This document shows, piece after piece, positions 46,001 through 56,268 of a DNA stretch of 64,000 nt; positions within the stretch are counted from its first letter, which is position 1; each line of letters starts with the position of its first letter. The stretch is from an uncultured virus (IMG/VR IMGVR_UViG_3300006737_000001). Lineage: Duplodnaviria > Heunggongvirae > Uroviricota > Caudoviricetes. The position numbers and the translations under genes were made by a program. The DNA lies in the IMG/VR virus record IMGVR_UViG_3300006737_000001, positions 1 to 64,000 of that record; one strand, given 5' to 3'. Under the pieces are notes generated by a model. That model did no database searches, had not been told where the DNA came from, and worked only from the letters and a program-made list of their open reading frames with translations.

Positions 46001-46618
46001 ACTCTCAGAGAGTACTACTTCTACCTTCTCTATACTACTACCACCACCCCCACTAGCATCGATAGAATCGACACTATCACTAGCCCCAGATAATAATACA
46101 TTATCAACTAAAAGGGTAAGGTCTATTTTAATAGGTAAAGCATATTCTATTTCGGTGTTGGTAAGTGTAGGGAATATTGAAACATATAGTTCCTGAGAAC
46201 CATACACGTCAAACAGAGAATTGTCTATACCGGATTTTAATGTTTTGTTCTGAGTTCTCATTACAGAGGTAGATGTAAAATCTGTAACAGGAAGAGAAGC
46301 TATATTAGTATCTTGGCTAAAAGGTCTTACATCTGACTCAGTAGCGTTTGCACTATAATAACGAGAAGCTATTCCTTCTGAATTAATTGTTTGTATAATA
46401 GGTTTGAAGGTACCAGTTGCGTTGTATGTGTGAGTAGCCGTAGCACCACTTACTGGTTCTGTAAATTGTAACCATTGATAATTAGATTCTTCTTTTTTAT
46501 TAGATGAACCATCATCCCAGTCAATGTAAACTGCTCTTACATTATTATCTTGGAAACTTAAAGTCCCTGTAACTTCAGTGTTAGCTGTTCCTGTTGTTGT
46601 ATTCCACGTTAAACTCAT
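43007..46618 (-). CDS. Large tail protein with N-terminal PKD-like domain
   Basis: IDWDDG...THTYNATGTF; 1203 aa S/T/G-rich. Confidence 0.65.
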   Translation of the reverse strand: MSLTWNTTTGTANTEVTGTLSFQDNNVRAVYIDWDDGSSNKKEESNYQWLQFTEPVSGATATHTYNATGTFKPIIQTINSEGIASRYYSANATESDVRPFSQDTNIASLPVTDFTSTSVMRTQNKTLKSGIDNSLFDVYGSQELYVSIFPTLTNTEIEYALPIKIDLTLLVDNVLLSGASDSVDSIDASGGGGSSIEKVEVVLSESYVTTPSLNFLVNVLQDGASNRTALLSGATVRKVLEVKYKNPKYVGASGATDYTANEVYNRLKIGFFVAGIPGQLSATGYPICYITPGEPIKKADDIERQLIMDFSQSRAAASNVSMSKYYYDNGKMYFSPAFPWNAGDGGANPTTVNNGGTLSAAATTIPVVSTAQFPASGTMHVGSEMIHYTNITATSFLNCTRGFASSTASTHADGSNVNVGFFFNATQQREYWQLKGIGKDRAYQTNKQRSVSYTYLVNPYGKSLSHKAMPFKTGTTYDSPWTTTNALSNTYTSGSIVMDQFLMDDFGRLVPQSHIVRLQTEPSSANSYRSDLDVPCVFRITPAKSWNQNAAGGTASEANARDFPTKILSSGSNTTHSTDYSTKNMSNSSGSAISLEDVNVGTQKDMGGNTRATNLNEYLLLLFDEKPDKLFFNMTNYAKGIQSATTTAPPYGINDVSVLMIENSGTNVQSVHWEPVEFEDGTSVVRERRNTTNDTYDSYEYSLSKSGVVSFNPPAGWESIKLENLYGGRINTTTIPETAGDYGFGVITGSVSGTIGSNATAGSLYGDYFTIKGKTSGDITTPLSGTNDEDIGSFKYIALPFSGSQYNMLTYDATFSSNPVATNQLTNNATYGSASKIMRVDSVSGTNGETVWGTFTTGGPFSMDERLYLFNAANAVIDTTSAVKVYTIYNTASGNAFWISKDGGDGYKEADDVLYFHIGDTGSIMRGGAERFGGDLKFTIQRINGYDAIDGFSKVYLPSGGTNNKLPSVDNYFPVTGWDNDFNIGGADAADALKGLWQGQEKYAVKISISGTADNTSGGTPINLYPELWNIYDASKGYHNIIDVVDNSAYNLNSLAITSSISIGRTGQYFKAITRKGKVFITKTGIAMEEVGFSSVALGDENSSTAFDDHGPDTLYGHLHTLRKIQAEDCRVYWDEPQKDGTFVRLFGVVQNVSEVARPQGPRRVVDFTFTLGVENIALIDSSGNLMTDIYPLGGLQHEKAYT

Positions 46619-46776
46619 TCTTCATCCTCTTCTATACTGTCTTCATAATACACATAATCATCTTCTGACCTTTTATAAACATGAGGGCATACACCCGTTC
46701 TAATTATATAGTTTGCATATTTATTATCAGCTTTGCACCTTGGGCAGATGTTTTCAGTAATGTTTTTAACTAACAT
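46615..46776 (-). CDS. 53-aa CPxC/CPH microprotein
   Basis: MLVKNITENICPRCK...CPH; overlaps both neighbours. Confidence 0.55.
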   Translation of the reverse strand: MLVKNITENICPRCKADNKYANYIIRTGVCPHVYKRSEDDYVYYEDSIEEDEE

Positions 46777-49700
46777 TAAATTGTAGCCCTCCATGCTACT
46801 TGGTTACTAGCAGTAACTTCTTTAGCAGATTTACCTCTAATGTTATGGTAATCAAATAAAAACAATCGTGTATTATGTGTAATTAATTTATTGCTTGATA
46901 TATCTAATAAATCTGAAGTATTGTAAATATATTCTTGGCTTTTCTGTGGTACTATTATTTCCGTGTTGTAAAGTATAATTTCTTCTATACTTCCTTTAAA
47001 CTGAGTAGTTGTATTTACTACAGTAGCACTACTACCAGACAAAGCCCCACCTATAATAAGGTTTCTATCTGTAGTGCCTAAACCAACTGCTGATTCTTCA
47101 TACGCTTCTAAAACACCATTAATATATAGGTTTGAATCCGGACCAGATGAATTATTCTTTTTATAAGTATATATAATACTAAAAGCACTACCATCTAAAT
47201 CTATAGGAGTTCTAGATACAAGTTCTGTTGTTGCATGATTGAATACAATGTAAGGAGCATTAGCGTTTGCACCAGATATCCACATAGCAAAACCATCTTG
47301 ATAAGTAGTCGAACCCTTAGTGCTATAAGATTTACTTAGTATATAATTATATTGAGAACTTGCTCCTCCTAACAATGATGTGTCTGGTGTACAATGTACT
47401 ACAACACTAAACTCTTCAGTCTCAGCGGTACTAGCCATAGGGAAGTCAAAATTACCACCACTTGGTAATGTTAAGTAGCTATACTCAGTTTGGTCAAACT
47501 CAGGTGCCCAGTTAGATATACCAATTAAATCAGAGGTTACAGAAGTAGTAACAGTGCCTATAGTAGAATCTGTACCACCCCCTCCTGTCCTACCTAAAGT
47601 TAAATCAGCAGCACCACCATTGCCTAATTTAGAATCAGGTATAGTAATCTGAGGTGGGTTTGATAAATTAGTACTACCCACTTTTGCGAAGTATCCTTCA
47701 CCACCATTATTAGTTATAGTTGCAGTAGCTGCACCTGCACCATTTACAACAACTTGTAAATTAGCTCCTGAAGTATATAAAGCAGGAAACTGTTCTACAT
47801 CAGTATTATAATCCGCAGGTGTTAAATTATAAGTACCAGCAGCTCTTGCACCGACTGCGGCACCTGTAGTACCTAAAGTACTCAAAGAATAATATGAACC
47901 ACCACCATTAGTCAATGTAGTAGATGTTCCACTAACAACATCATAAACATAATATTTATTTTCAAGAGGGTTCCATAAATTAGTATCAGCTGGTTGTTCG
48001 TTTAATGGTATCCATAAACGAGCATGAGCATATTTGTTTTGTACAGCTCCAGAACTTACTATAAAATATCTATACCATATATCATCATCTTGTTCGTTCC
48101 ATGTAAATTTAACGGCGTTTAAATTTTCAGAAGTTAAGTCATATAAGTTCAAATCAGGTGAAAGTATATCTACGGTTGGTTCTATACCTAAATCCGGTAT
48201 AAGAGGAAGCGAGTCTTTATATTCTAAATAAAATCGAGGTATGTAGTCTGTAGCTTGTTGCTGAGCTGAATTATATAATACTACTTCTTGTTCTTTAGTA
48301 GGACCTTCTAAAACCATATATAATAAGAAAGTTTGATTATTATCAAAAACTCTTTGTTCAATTGCGTTAGACATATCTAAATCCATATATTGGTAAGAGG
48401 TAGGAGTGCTTTGTGCGATGTTACCACCCTTTTTAAGTTCTTCATCCCAAGGACCATAACCAAAATCTTTGTCTAATATTAAATCACTAGAAACACTACT
48501 TACTGCTAAATCCCATTTATTAGTATAAATTCCAGTGTTACCTCCGGTTTTGTTTGCTGAATTTTTATTATAACTATAAATATACTCATTGAAAGTAGTT
48601 CCTTGAGAACCAGTACCTTGAGAAGAAGGTGTGTTTTTTACTTCCATTACATTACCATAAGAACGGGGTATTAACGCTTCATCATTTGAATCACCAAATT
48701 TAGCATCGCTGTTATATATCATGGATACCCAATATTTATAAGGAGATATATATAATTCTGGAAGTGTCTCAAAAGTACATAATAAACTACCTGAAGCTGA
48801 GGTATTAACATTTTCACTAAACGTTATAGTTTTTCCTACTATAGCACCCTTTTGTGCTAACTCTAAAATTCTATATTCATTCGTCTGGAACGTACCATAT
48901 GCACGATATAATATGTATTTGTCGTTTTGATACTCGTTAAAAATGTCAGGATTCTCTACTGCTAATTGATTTCCATTTAAACCACTGTAATATTGAGGGT
49001 AGCGGAGAACCTTAGTAGAAACAGCGGCGTGTTCTCGTTTACTCCACCCACCATAATCTATAGCAGCTCCACCTGCTGCACCACTTACACTTAAGTATGC
49101 ATATCCTTTTTGTTGTAAAGCATCTACTGATAAAAAATCATTACTACCAGAGGCTATAGATAAAGCATTTTGTGTCTCTGTAGAATCTGTTACATTAAAA
49201 GATGCACCTGATAAAGCACTACCTGTAGGTAACCAATTGGCTTGAGAAGTACCACTAATAAAAACAGAACCCATAAATTGTGCGCCCATTTTGTTTAGTT
49301 CGTTTGTACTTTGTTCCATACTTAATAAACCATCAGGAATATATGTATACATAGGGTAGTTAAATTTATTTAAGTTGTTAAAGTTTAAAGTAGAAAATTG
49401 ATTAAAAAGAATATAAGAACCTTTCATATTAGTATCACTCAAGGATAAATCTGTTTTATTGTTCCATCCGAATAGTATAGAATTTGAGGGTGTTCTTTCT
49501 ATAAATCCTGCGGTGTTATTAGAAGCAGGGTCAGTTGCACTATCAAAACCAGTTATTGCTCTACTCAATGAAGAACCAGTAGGATAAAATACAGGAGAAT
49601 TAACTTTACCACTTGCTCTTAATGAAAGAGGAGGATTAACTGGTTGTGTTGAAGTTATATTTTTAACGTCAGGAGTAAAGTTTGTTAATGTAATGTTGTC

Positions 49701-52367
49701 TATCCACACTTCTGTTTCCGTAGTAGCACCTTCTCCATCAATATCACCATAATAAAAGTCAGTGTTACTTGGCATTAAATCTCTTCTAGTGTTATCAGAA
49801 CCTTGAACCCATCTATAACCGTTTACCCATATAGTCATATGTCTAGGATAATAAGTTTTAGCAGTAGAACCATTTTGGTCAGTACTGATTGCGGCACCGT
49901 TCTCTCCTTGACATCTATCAATAAATCTGTAATTATTCATACCATCCTGACTTGAAATAACTTTAGCAGGGAAAGGTATATCTATAAATCCTTGTAGTTT
50001 CTGTGAGGAAGAACCACCAATACTACCGGTGTTGCCTGTTGGAGTTGTTTCTAGTGAAGTAAAAATAGCTCTCATAGCTACACCTGAATTTCTCAATTGC
50101 CGGTCATCACTGGTAGATGCTACATCTAAATTTTTGTAAGGCGTTAGACTTGAAGAAGTAGTAGTATTAAAAGCAAGCGGGTCAATGAAAAACTCTACAT
50201 TGAAATCTTTACCCATAGGTAAAGTTTGGAAAAATGGACGTTGTGCCCAATCTGCTCGTGCATTATAAGCTGATACCCATGGGGCTGTAGCCAACCTCAG
50301 TAAGTATTTATCTTCATTATAATCATCAGCACTTATACCTGCTCTAAATTGATTAGTTGTATAAACGTAAGTGTCGTCCCCATCATGTAAACGCGCAAAA
50401 CCACTATCTTTCCATAATTTACCAGAACTAGCACCTACTTCAAATGTTAAAGTATTAGTTGCAGATGCATTGGCATTAACATAAGTTGTGCTACCTGTAG
50501 CGTAAGCATCAGCTCTACCTAATTTAAATTTAGTAACAGCTCCAACACTACCAGCAGTAATTTCTGCAACTACACATGCAGTGCCAGCAGGTACACCAGT
50601 ACCAGTTACGTACTGCCCAACACGAATTAAACTACTACTAGCACAAGTTACTTCAGGGTCAGCAGAAACTGTAGTGCAACTTTTTGTATGTCTTCCTTGA
50701 CTATTTGTGCTCCCACTAAGGTCTGCTAATGGTTGTACAGGTAATGCTTGGACTACTACTGGGCTTGAACTAATGCTAGGCCATGTTTCTTGGTCCTCTT
50801 GATTTGAACCAGTGTCATTAAAAGCCATACCATATGTTTTAAACATCAACCCACCTACTATACCCTCTTGTGTATTAGAATGTCCATAAAAATTAGTTAG
50901 ACCGAAATTTAAAAATTCATCCAACGTCTCACAATTATCAGGAGGTGCGTAATTGGAAAAAACAATAGCTACAGTTCTTAAAAGACTTTCAGCTTGTAAA
51001 TTAGTTTCACCAAACCAAGGCCCATCAGGAGCATTAATAGTGTTTACAATCTGACCATTCCTACCACTAGAAGCGCTATCAGTTACTAGACCATATACTC
51101 CAAGTTCACTATTAGTTCCACCATATCTAGTAGTCTGTGATACATTATAATAAGGATTAGGTAGAAGTTTATCTATTCTCATCCTCATGCCAATAGAAGG
51201 AAAATAACTTCGTTGGTCTCCTTGGCGGTCATGACCACAATCTGTAGTTAATGGCATTGGCATATTTAAAATACTAGCCATAGCTATTTGTCCTCCAAAA
51301 TTATTTTGTCTACCAAACTTCTCTTCTATCTGTCTATTACCTGATACAGCATCCCACGAGTGATAAAAATGTGCAGCTTTACCAGTACCACCATTAGGAC
51401 CGGGTTCTAAGTTAACACGTGAATAAATTAAAGGGTTGCTAGTATCAGCACTCCATGGGTTTTGTGACTGTTTGGTTGTTCTTACTGTTGAAAAAATGGT
51501 ATTGTTACTAGAAATACGTTCTTCTTGTTCGATATCACCCATATCATCAAAGTTAGCATATTTAAAATTTGGAGATGACCCATAGCTATTCCCATCTGGA
51601 CCAACATATGGCATAGGAACCTTAAATTTTACTTCTAAGCCACTGGTTCCATTAGTTCTTCGCCATATTGGTGCCCAATATACACCGGGGTCTGTTCCAC
51701 CAAAATCTTCTGAAGTTACCTCTCTGAAAAAAATTCTACCACTGCGTGGATTGTCTGTAACACTGGTTGTTCTACCGTCTGTCCACTCCATTGTAATACA
51801 TCCAACACTGACAAGACTTTGTAATATCTCATCTTCTGTCTTACTAGTATAATTTTGGTAATAATCTAAAAAATCCTGTACATCCAAATAAGGTTTAGAA
51901 TTAAAACCACCCATTACATATCTAGCTGATGTATCTAATTTAGTAACTGCTCCATCGAAATTTTCTTGTTGATATAACAGGCTATTCTCTCCAAATGTTT
52001 GATGGTATGCAGCTAGAGTTGGGCGTGTATTAGAATTGTCTGGGAGAGTTATATCACCCTCTCTAATAGGATAATCGTCTTGTAAACCATATAATTTTAT
52101 AGTGGGAGATACTCCTGTTTCTCCTACACTTGTGCCCGACACAAATGTACGCAAATAACCTCCAACCAAATCATATTGACCAGCTTTCACGTTTATATCA
52201 GTATTACCAGAGATAATTGAAAATACATTTCTATCTCCAGTAGATAATACTAAATTATTACCAGTAGCGGCTAAAGACAAATCAGGTAATTCTGCTACAA
52301 CTGGAAGTGCTGCACCTGATGCAACGAGCTTTCTTTTATAGAAATGTTCTGGTTGAGTTCTTATCAT
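46776..52367 (-). CDS. Very large tail protein with C-terminal LamG/ConA-like domain
   Basis: 1863 aa after tape measure; LYINGV...IIGG...FKGSIEEIILYN. Confidence 0.7.
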   Translation of the reverse strand: MIRTQPEHFYKRKLVASGAALPVVAELPDLSLAATGNNLVLSTGDRNVFSIISGNTDINVKAGQYDLVGGYLRTFVSGTSVGETGVSPTIKLYGLQDDYPIREGDITLPDNSNTRPTLAAYHQTFGENSLLYQQENFDGAVTKLDTSARYVMGGFNSKPYLDVQDFLDYYQNYTSKTEDEILQSLVSVGCITMEWTDGRTTSVTDNPRSGRIFFREVTSEDFGGTDPGVYWAPIWRRTNGTSGLEVKFKVPMPYVGPDGNSYGSSPNFKYANFDDMGDIEQEERISSNNTIFSTVRTTKQSQNPWSADTSNPLIYSRVNLEPGPNGGTGKAAHFYHSWDAVSGNRQIEEKFGRQNNFGGQIAMASILNMPMPLTTDCGHDRQGDQRSYFPSIGMRMRIDKLLPNPYYNVSQTTRYGGTNSELGVYGLVTDSASSGRNGQIVNTINAPDGPWFGETNLQAESLLRTVAIVFSNYAPPDNCETLDEFLNFGLTNFYGHSNTQEGIVGGLMFKTYGMAFNDTGSNQEDQETWPSISSSPVVVQALPVQPLADLSGSTNSQGRHTKSCTTVSADPEVTCASSSLIRVGQYVTGTGVPAGTACVVAEITAGSVGAVTKFKLGRADAYATGSTTYVNANASATNTLTFEVGASSGKLWKDSGFARLHDGDDTYVYTTNQFRAGISADDYNEDKYLLRLATAPWVSAYNARADWAQRPFFQTLPMGKDFNVEFFIDPLAFNTTTSSSLTPYKNLDVASTSDDRQLRNSGVAMRAIFTSLETTPTGNTGSIGGSSSQKLQGFIDIPFPAKVISSQDGMNNYRFIDRCQGENGAAISTDQNGSTAKTYYPRHMTIWVNGYRWVQGSDNTRRDLMPSNTDFYYGDIDGEGATTETEVWIDNITLTNFTPDVKNITSTQPVNPPLSLRASGKVNSPVFYPTGSSLSRAITGFDSATDPASNNTAGFIERTPSNSILFGWNNKTDLSLSDTNMKGSYILFNQFSTLNFNNLNKFNYPMYTYIPDGLLSMEQSTNELNKMGAQFMGSVFISGTSQANWLPTGSALSGASFNVTDSTETQNALSIASGSNDFLSVDALQQKGYAYLSVSGAAGGAAIDYGGWSKREHAAVSTKVLRYPQYYSGLNGNQLAVENPDIFNEYQNDKYILYRAYGTFQTNEYRILELAQKGAIVGKTITFSENVNTSASGSLLCTFETLPELYISPYKYWVSMIYNSDAKFGDSNDEALIPRSYGNVMEVKNTPSSQGTGSQGTTFNEYIYSYNKNSANKTGGNTGIYTNKWDLAVSSVSSDLILDKDFGYGPWDEELKKGGNIAQSTPTSYQYMDLDMSNAIEQRVFDNNQTFLLYMVLEGPTKEQEVVLYNSAQQQATDYIPRFYLEYKDSLPLIPDLGIEPTVDILSPDLNLYDLTSENLNAVKFTWNEQDDDIWYRYFIVSSGAVQNKYAHARLWIPLNEQPADTNLWNPLENKYYVYDVVSGTSTTLTNGGGSYYSLSTLGTTGAAVGARAAGTYNLTPADYNTDVEQFPALYTSGANLQVVVNGAGAATATITNNGGEGYFAKVGSTNLSNPPQITIPDSKLGNGGAADLTLGRTGGGGTDSTIGTVTTSVTSDLIGISNWAPEFDQTEYSYLTLPSGGNFDFPMASTAETEEFSVVVHCTPDTSLLGGASSQYNYILSKSYSTKGSTTYQDGFAMWISGANANAPYIVFNHATTELVSRTPIDLDGSAFSIIYTYKKNNSSGPDSNLYINGVLEAYEESAVGLGTTDRNLIIGGALSGSSATVVNTTTQFKGSIEEIILYNTEIIVPQKSQEYIYNTSDLLDISSNKLITHNTRLFLFDYHNIRGKSAKEVTASNQVAWRATI

Positions 52368-54964
52368 GCCAATCCTCCAAAGGAATCCACTCCAATAGTA
52401 ACATCTTTAAATACCACTTTACCACTTAACATATTTTCGGTTTGTGAATTATTTAAAACTTTGCCCGACTGAGTAGGCATAAAGAGTTCTGGTCCCATTT
52501 CTCCTACGAGATGAGGGCGTCCACCACCCATACCACCACCAGCAGCCATACCGGGTATATATCCACCTGATTGTAAAACACCAGTGGTTTTAGCTATATC
52601 ATAAGCTAACAAACCTCCCATAGCAACAGCACCTAAACCAGTTCCACCAAGTATTGCACCGGCTAATAATCTTTTACCAGTCATTTTCCCAGTTAATTTC
52701 ATTAATTGCTTACCACCCGTTGCTGTACCACCACGTTTTACAGCTTCTCTACCTGCTTTATTAAGTCCTCCACCAGCTAAAGTTACATTTTTAAGAGCTT
52801 TACCTCTAACACCTATAACACCCGTAGCTGTAGAAAGTTGCATACTTTGTGCTACCGATGCTGTTGTAGCTGCTGCGGCTAATCCCGCATAAGCACGAGA
52901 TAATCCCATAACGGCGAGTGTTTGTACAGGTAAAATAACGTTTAAAGCTTTGAATATTAAAACCCATTTCATCAAATTAGGCCATTCACTAAATAACATC
53001 GCTACTACTTTGAGAGGTGCTGCTATAATCTCTAGAAGGTTTGCGAAATCAATACCTGTTTTTTGTAATTCTACTAATCCTTCTATAAAATCTTGAATTA
53101 AATCTATAATTAATACTACTGAATCAGTAGCAAATGCTTGTAACGATGCTCCAAACTCTGTTAATTGTTGTACTCCGTTCTTTTCCTCTACAATTAAGTC
53201 CTTAAAACCTTGAATCTGAGTAACAATTGCTTCGTGGAAAGCGTTCATAAATTCAGTTCCTTCATATGAAGCATCTCTAAGTGCAAAAATAGAAAATATA
53301 TTAGTTTTTAATATTTGTATTTGAGCTTGTAACGACTGATTCTGTATACGAACCATCTCATCTAACTGACCACCTGCGTTCGTGGTATCTTCAACAGCTT
53401 GAGTAAACTCATCCGAAGCTTGAACTAAGTGGATAAACGCAGTAGCACCACGCACATTCAAGTCTTCAATTAAAGTTGTTAAAAGTTCAGTATTAGATAT
53501 AGTTTCTGGCCCAACTGCGGCAGCGAACTGAGCAGCTATCTCAGTTAATTGCATCATTTCACCCTCAGCGTTTAATATCTCAACACCCATTTTGCGGAAT
53601 CCAGCTTCAGCATCCATAGCGCCTTCAGCAAATTCTGCTAATGCTTGTCTAAGACCCCTACCAGCTATACCAGCCTCTAAAGCTCTATTAGTCAAGACCT
53701 GTAAAGCCCCTAACAATTGGTCAATAGATTGCCCTGTAGAGGTAAAGAAAGGTAGAGCAAACTTAACAGCGCTTGATAAATCTTGATATTCAATAAGAGA
53801 TTTCTGTATAGCAAAGGCAAATTTATCGGTTAATAGAGCTGCTTGGTCCATTTCCATACCAAAACCAAACAATGTCTGAGCAGTCAGTTTAGAAATAGTA
53901 TTATGGTCTCCCTGAACAGCCATAGATAACTTTAATGTCTCAGGTAAAATAGACATTGCTTCATTGGCTTCAAGACCTGCCGATGCAAGTTGGTATAAAC
54001 CTTCTGCACCATTGTGAACCGCTATACCAAATTTGTTACCAAACTCTGTAACAGTGTTTCCTACCCTAAATAACTCGTCATTAGTCAGATTAAACACAGA
54101 ATTGGCGTTTAATAGCTCTCTTTCGAATTCTATGAGCTCCTGTGTGTTTTGGTTAAGCTTGTACCCTACAACCGTTAAAAGCGACACAGACGTCCTTAAA
54201 GCCTCATTGAACTTATTTCGCATTGCATCTGCTGTTCCTAGTACTTTATCTCTAAAATCAGCAGCTTTAGTGTTCAAATCTCCATAGTCGCTTGTTATAC
54301 CTGTTATTTCATTGTCAATATCTTCAAAATTTTGTTTGATATCTTTTTGTATCTGTAATTCTTCTTGTAATCTACCAAGTTTTTCTCGTTGTTTTTTAGC
54401 TTCGCTGGCTTTCTTTTCGCCTTGTTTTTCTAATTCGATAAATTTTTCTTTTTCTATTGTTAATTCTCTTTCACTTTGTGCTATAACTTTTCCTTGATTT
54501 CTGATAACTTCGGCTCTACCAGCTGCGTCCATTCTTTGCATATTTGCTGCAATTTGGAGCTGACCTTCCATACCACCCTTACCACCTACTCCACCAAAAA
54601 GAGAATCTCTCATTGGTTTAGACAATACGTCTTTTAATTTACCGTAGTGTCCTTTTATTTTATTAAAATTTGTAGCTACACTGTTTGAAGTAGTTTTATT
54701 TAATGCTTCTAGATTCCTTTCTAAACGAATACGAACTTCGTTATTCATTTTATCCATAGCAGTAGTAGATTTATTGTTTAACGCTTGTAGACGGGCTGCG
54801 TAATCTGTGCTAAGACCACCTCTGTTTTTAGCTAATTGTGCTTGTTTATAAATATCTTCTATACCTTTAGCTAATGCACCACCAGCTTTAGACATAGCCT
54901 GTGGACTCGGAACGGCTAAACCTATAGCGACACGCGCTGCAAACAGTTGTCCTGCAAAACCCAT
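52364..54964 (-). CDS. Tail tape measure protein
   Basis: AEGLYQLASAGL...AGRGLR TP901-like core, coiled coils, LVGEMGPELFMP. Confidence 0.9.
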   Translation of the reverse strand: MGFAGQLFAARVAIGLAVPSPQAMSKAGGALAKGIEDIYKQAQLAKNRGGLSTDYAARLQALNNKSTTAMDKMNNEVRIRLERNLEALNKTTSNSVATNFNKIKGHYGKLKDVLSKPMRDSLFGGVGGKGGMEGQLQIAANMQRMDAAGRAEVIRNQGKVIAQSERELTIEKEKFIELEKQGEKKASEAKKQREKLGRLQEELQIQKDIKQNFEDIDNEITGITSDYGDLNTKAADFRDKVLGTADAMRNKFNEALRTSVSLLTVVGYKLNQNTQELIEFERELLNANSVFNLTNDELFRVGNTVTEFGNKFGIAVHNGAEGLYQLASAGLEANEAMSILPETLKLSMAVQGDHNTISKLTAQTLFGFGMEMDQAALLTDKFAFAIQKSLIEYQDLSSAVKFALPFFTSTGQSIDQLLGALQVLTNRALEAGIAGRGLRQALAEFAEGAMDAEAGFRKMGVEILNAEGEMMQLTEIAAQFAAAVGPETISNTELLTTLIEDLNVRGATAFIHLVQASDEFTQAVEDTTNAGGQLDEMVRIQNQSLQAQIQILKTNIFSIFALRDASYEGTEFMNAFHEAIVTQIQGFKDLIVEEKNGVQQLTEFGASLQAFATDSVVLIIDLIQDFIEGLVELQKTGIDFANLLEIIAAPLKVVAMLFSEWPNLMKWVLIFKALNVILPVQTLAVMGLSRAYAGLAAAATTASVAQSMQLSTATGVIGVRGKALKNVTLAGGGLNKAGREAVKRGGTATGGKQLMKLTGKMTGKRLLAGAILGGTGLGAVAMGGLLAYDIAKTTGVLQSGGYIPGMAAGGGMGGGRPHLVGEMGPELFMPTQSGKVLNNSQTENMLSGKVVFKDVTIGVDSFGGLA

Positions 54965-54965
54965 T

Positions 54966-55256
54966 TTATATATCCTTAAACGTTAGTTTTTTACTCTTTC
55001 CAATCATATCATGATATCTTCTTTGCGTTTCTAAATACCTCGTGTAATTAGTTCTTACTTGAGGGTTCTCCTTTGCCATTTCACTGACTTGTTTGTCCGT
55101 ATAACCATCCATTGAATGGTATACTCTGTATTCATTGTACGCACTAAGTAAACCTCTCAGTTCGTGTTTGGGCGTATTCTTGATTTCACTCCAACTCATC
55201 CCTAAATGTTCCATTAGGGGCATATATATCAATACCGCATCAGGCGTGTCCAGCAT
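54966..55256 (-). CDS. Tail assembly chaperone, gpT-like -1 frame part
   Basis: LGMSWSEI...P..E; directly before tape measure. Confidence 0.7.
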   Translation of the reverse strand: MLDTPDAVLIYMPLMEHLGMSWSEIKNTPKHELRGLLSAYNEYRVYHSMDGYTDKQVSEMAKENPQVRTNYTRYLETQRRYHDMIGKSKKLTFKDI

Positions 55257-55618
55257 CAGTCGCGAAAATTTTCTGCGGCTTCTTCCTCGACACCTAATAT
55301 TTTATTAGATATTGCATACCGAAGTGTTGTTGGGAGTAGTCCCCACTGTTCTTCAGTTATTATTGGACCTTCTGGGTCTTTTTCATTTGCTTTTAATATC
55401 ATTTTTAAAACTCGCTGATTACCAAGTTCTTGATACTTTAACATTTTCTCTTCTTCTGGTAAACTATCTGATATACCAGTGAACTTAGGTTCTTCTTTTT
55501 CTGCCAATTCACAAAAATGAAAGTGAACCATTCCATCTCTATACTCTACTTCTTCGTTTTGCACTTCATCAGTGAGTGCTACTAATTCATCCATCGACCA
55601 AATTTTCTTTTCTGTCAT
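55256..55618 (-). CDS. Tail assembly chaperone (gpG-like)
   Basis: Acidic 120 aa ending ENFRD with slippery A AAT TTT. Confidence 0.7.
   Translation of the reverse strand: MTEKKIWSMDELVALTDEVQNEEVEYRDGMVHFHFCELAEKEEPKFTGISDSLPEEEKMLKYQELGNQRVLKMILKANEKDPEGPIITEEQWGLLPTTLRYAISNKILGVEEEAAENFRD
55265..55271 (-). other. -1 ribosomal frameshift heptamer A-AAU-UUU
   Basis: X XXY YYZ in correct phase; -1 frame open into the next ORF. Confidence 0.7.
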
Positions 55619-55634
55619 TTTTTTATCTCCTGAA

Positions 55635-55650
55635 GGGGGCTCATGCCCCC
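55635..55650 (-). terminator. GC hairpin after tail tube genes
   Basis: GGGGGC-4nt-GCCCCC. Confidence 0.45.
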
Positions 55651-55669
55651 CTCAAATTAATTATTATAT

Positions 55670-56266
55670 CTATAAGTCGCCAATATCTGTTTCGGTGGTA
55701 TATCTAGCACCGCTAATAACAGGTGTGACCATAGACATTAGTTCTAAAGTTTCTTCGGAAGTGCCATCTGCGCTCATAGTAACGGTATGACCAGCTACTA
55801 CACAATTAGGAATAGTCATTACTTCACTAGTTCCTGACAATTGCACAAAGACCCTATAACCATACTCTACAGTAGGCTCTGCGAGACCACTATTTATAGA
55901 AGTATCGTTTACACTTGTACCGGTTAAACCATATCTTAGCTTATCAAAGACTAAATCATACAAGTCATCGCTCTTTTTTCTAGTTAGAGTGATGCTAGTT
56001 TCTTTTTTGATTTCGGCTTTTAAAGCTGTCCTCATACCAAAGTAGGTTATGTCTTCATCCATAGCTCCTATACTTAAGTCTACAGCTGTTAAATCAGTCT
56101 GTTCGGTTTGGCAAGAGGCAGTTGCATTCAGTTTACCAGCAAAAGTTCCCGAGGCAGCATTAGTTACACTTCCAGCACCAGCCGTGGTTGTGACAGGGGA
56201 AACACCGAGAGTTGTATTTTCTGTTGAAAAATAAACAGATACATCTTTTCCTAAGTAAAATGCCAT
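55670..56266 (-). CDS. Tail tube protein paralogue 2
   Basis: Similar to the upstream gene (LG.DV.VY..TE, G.MDED, EIKKE....LTRKK). Confidence 0.7.
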   Translation of the reverse strand: MAFYLGKDVSVYFSTENTTLGVSPVTTTAGAGSVTNAASGTFAGKLNATASCQTEQTDLTAVDLSIGAMDEDITYFGMRTALKAEIKKETSITLTRKKSDDLYDLVFDKLRYGLTGTSVNDTSINSGLAEPTVEYGYRVFVQLSGTSEVMTIPNCVVAGHTVTMSADGTSEETLELMSMVTPVISGARYTTETDIGDL

Positions 56267-56268
56267 AT

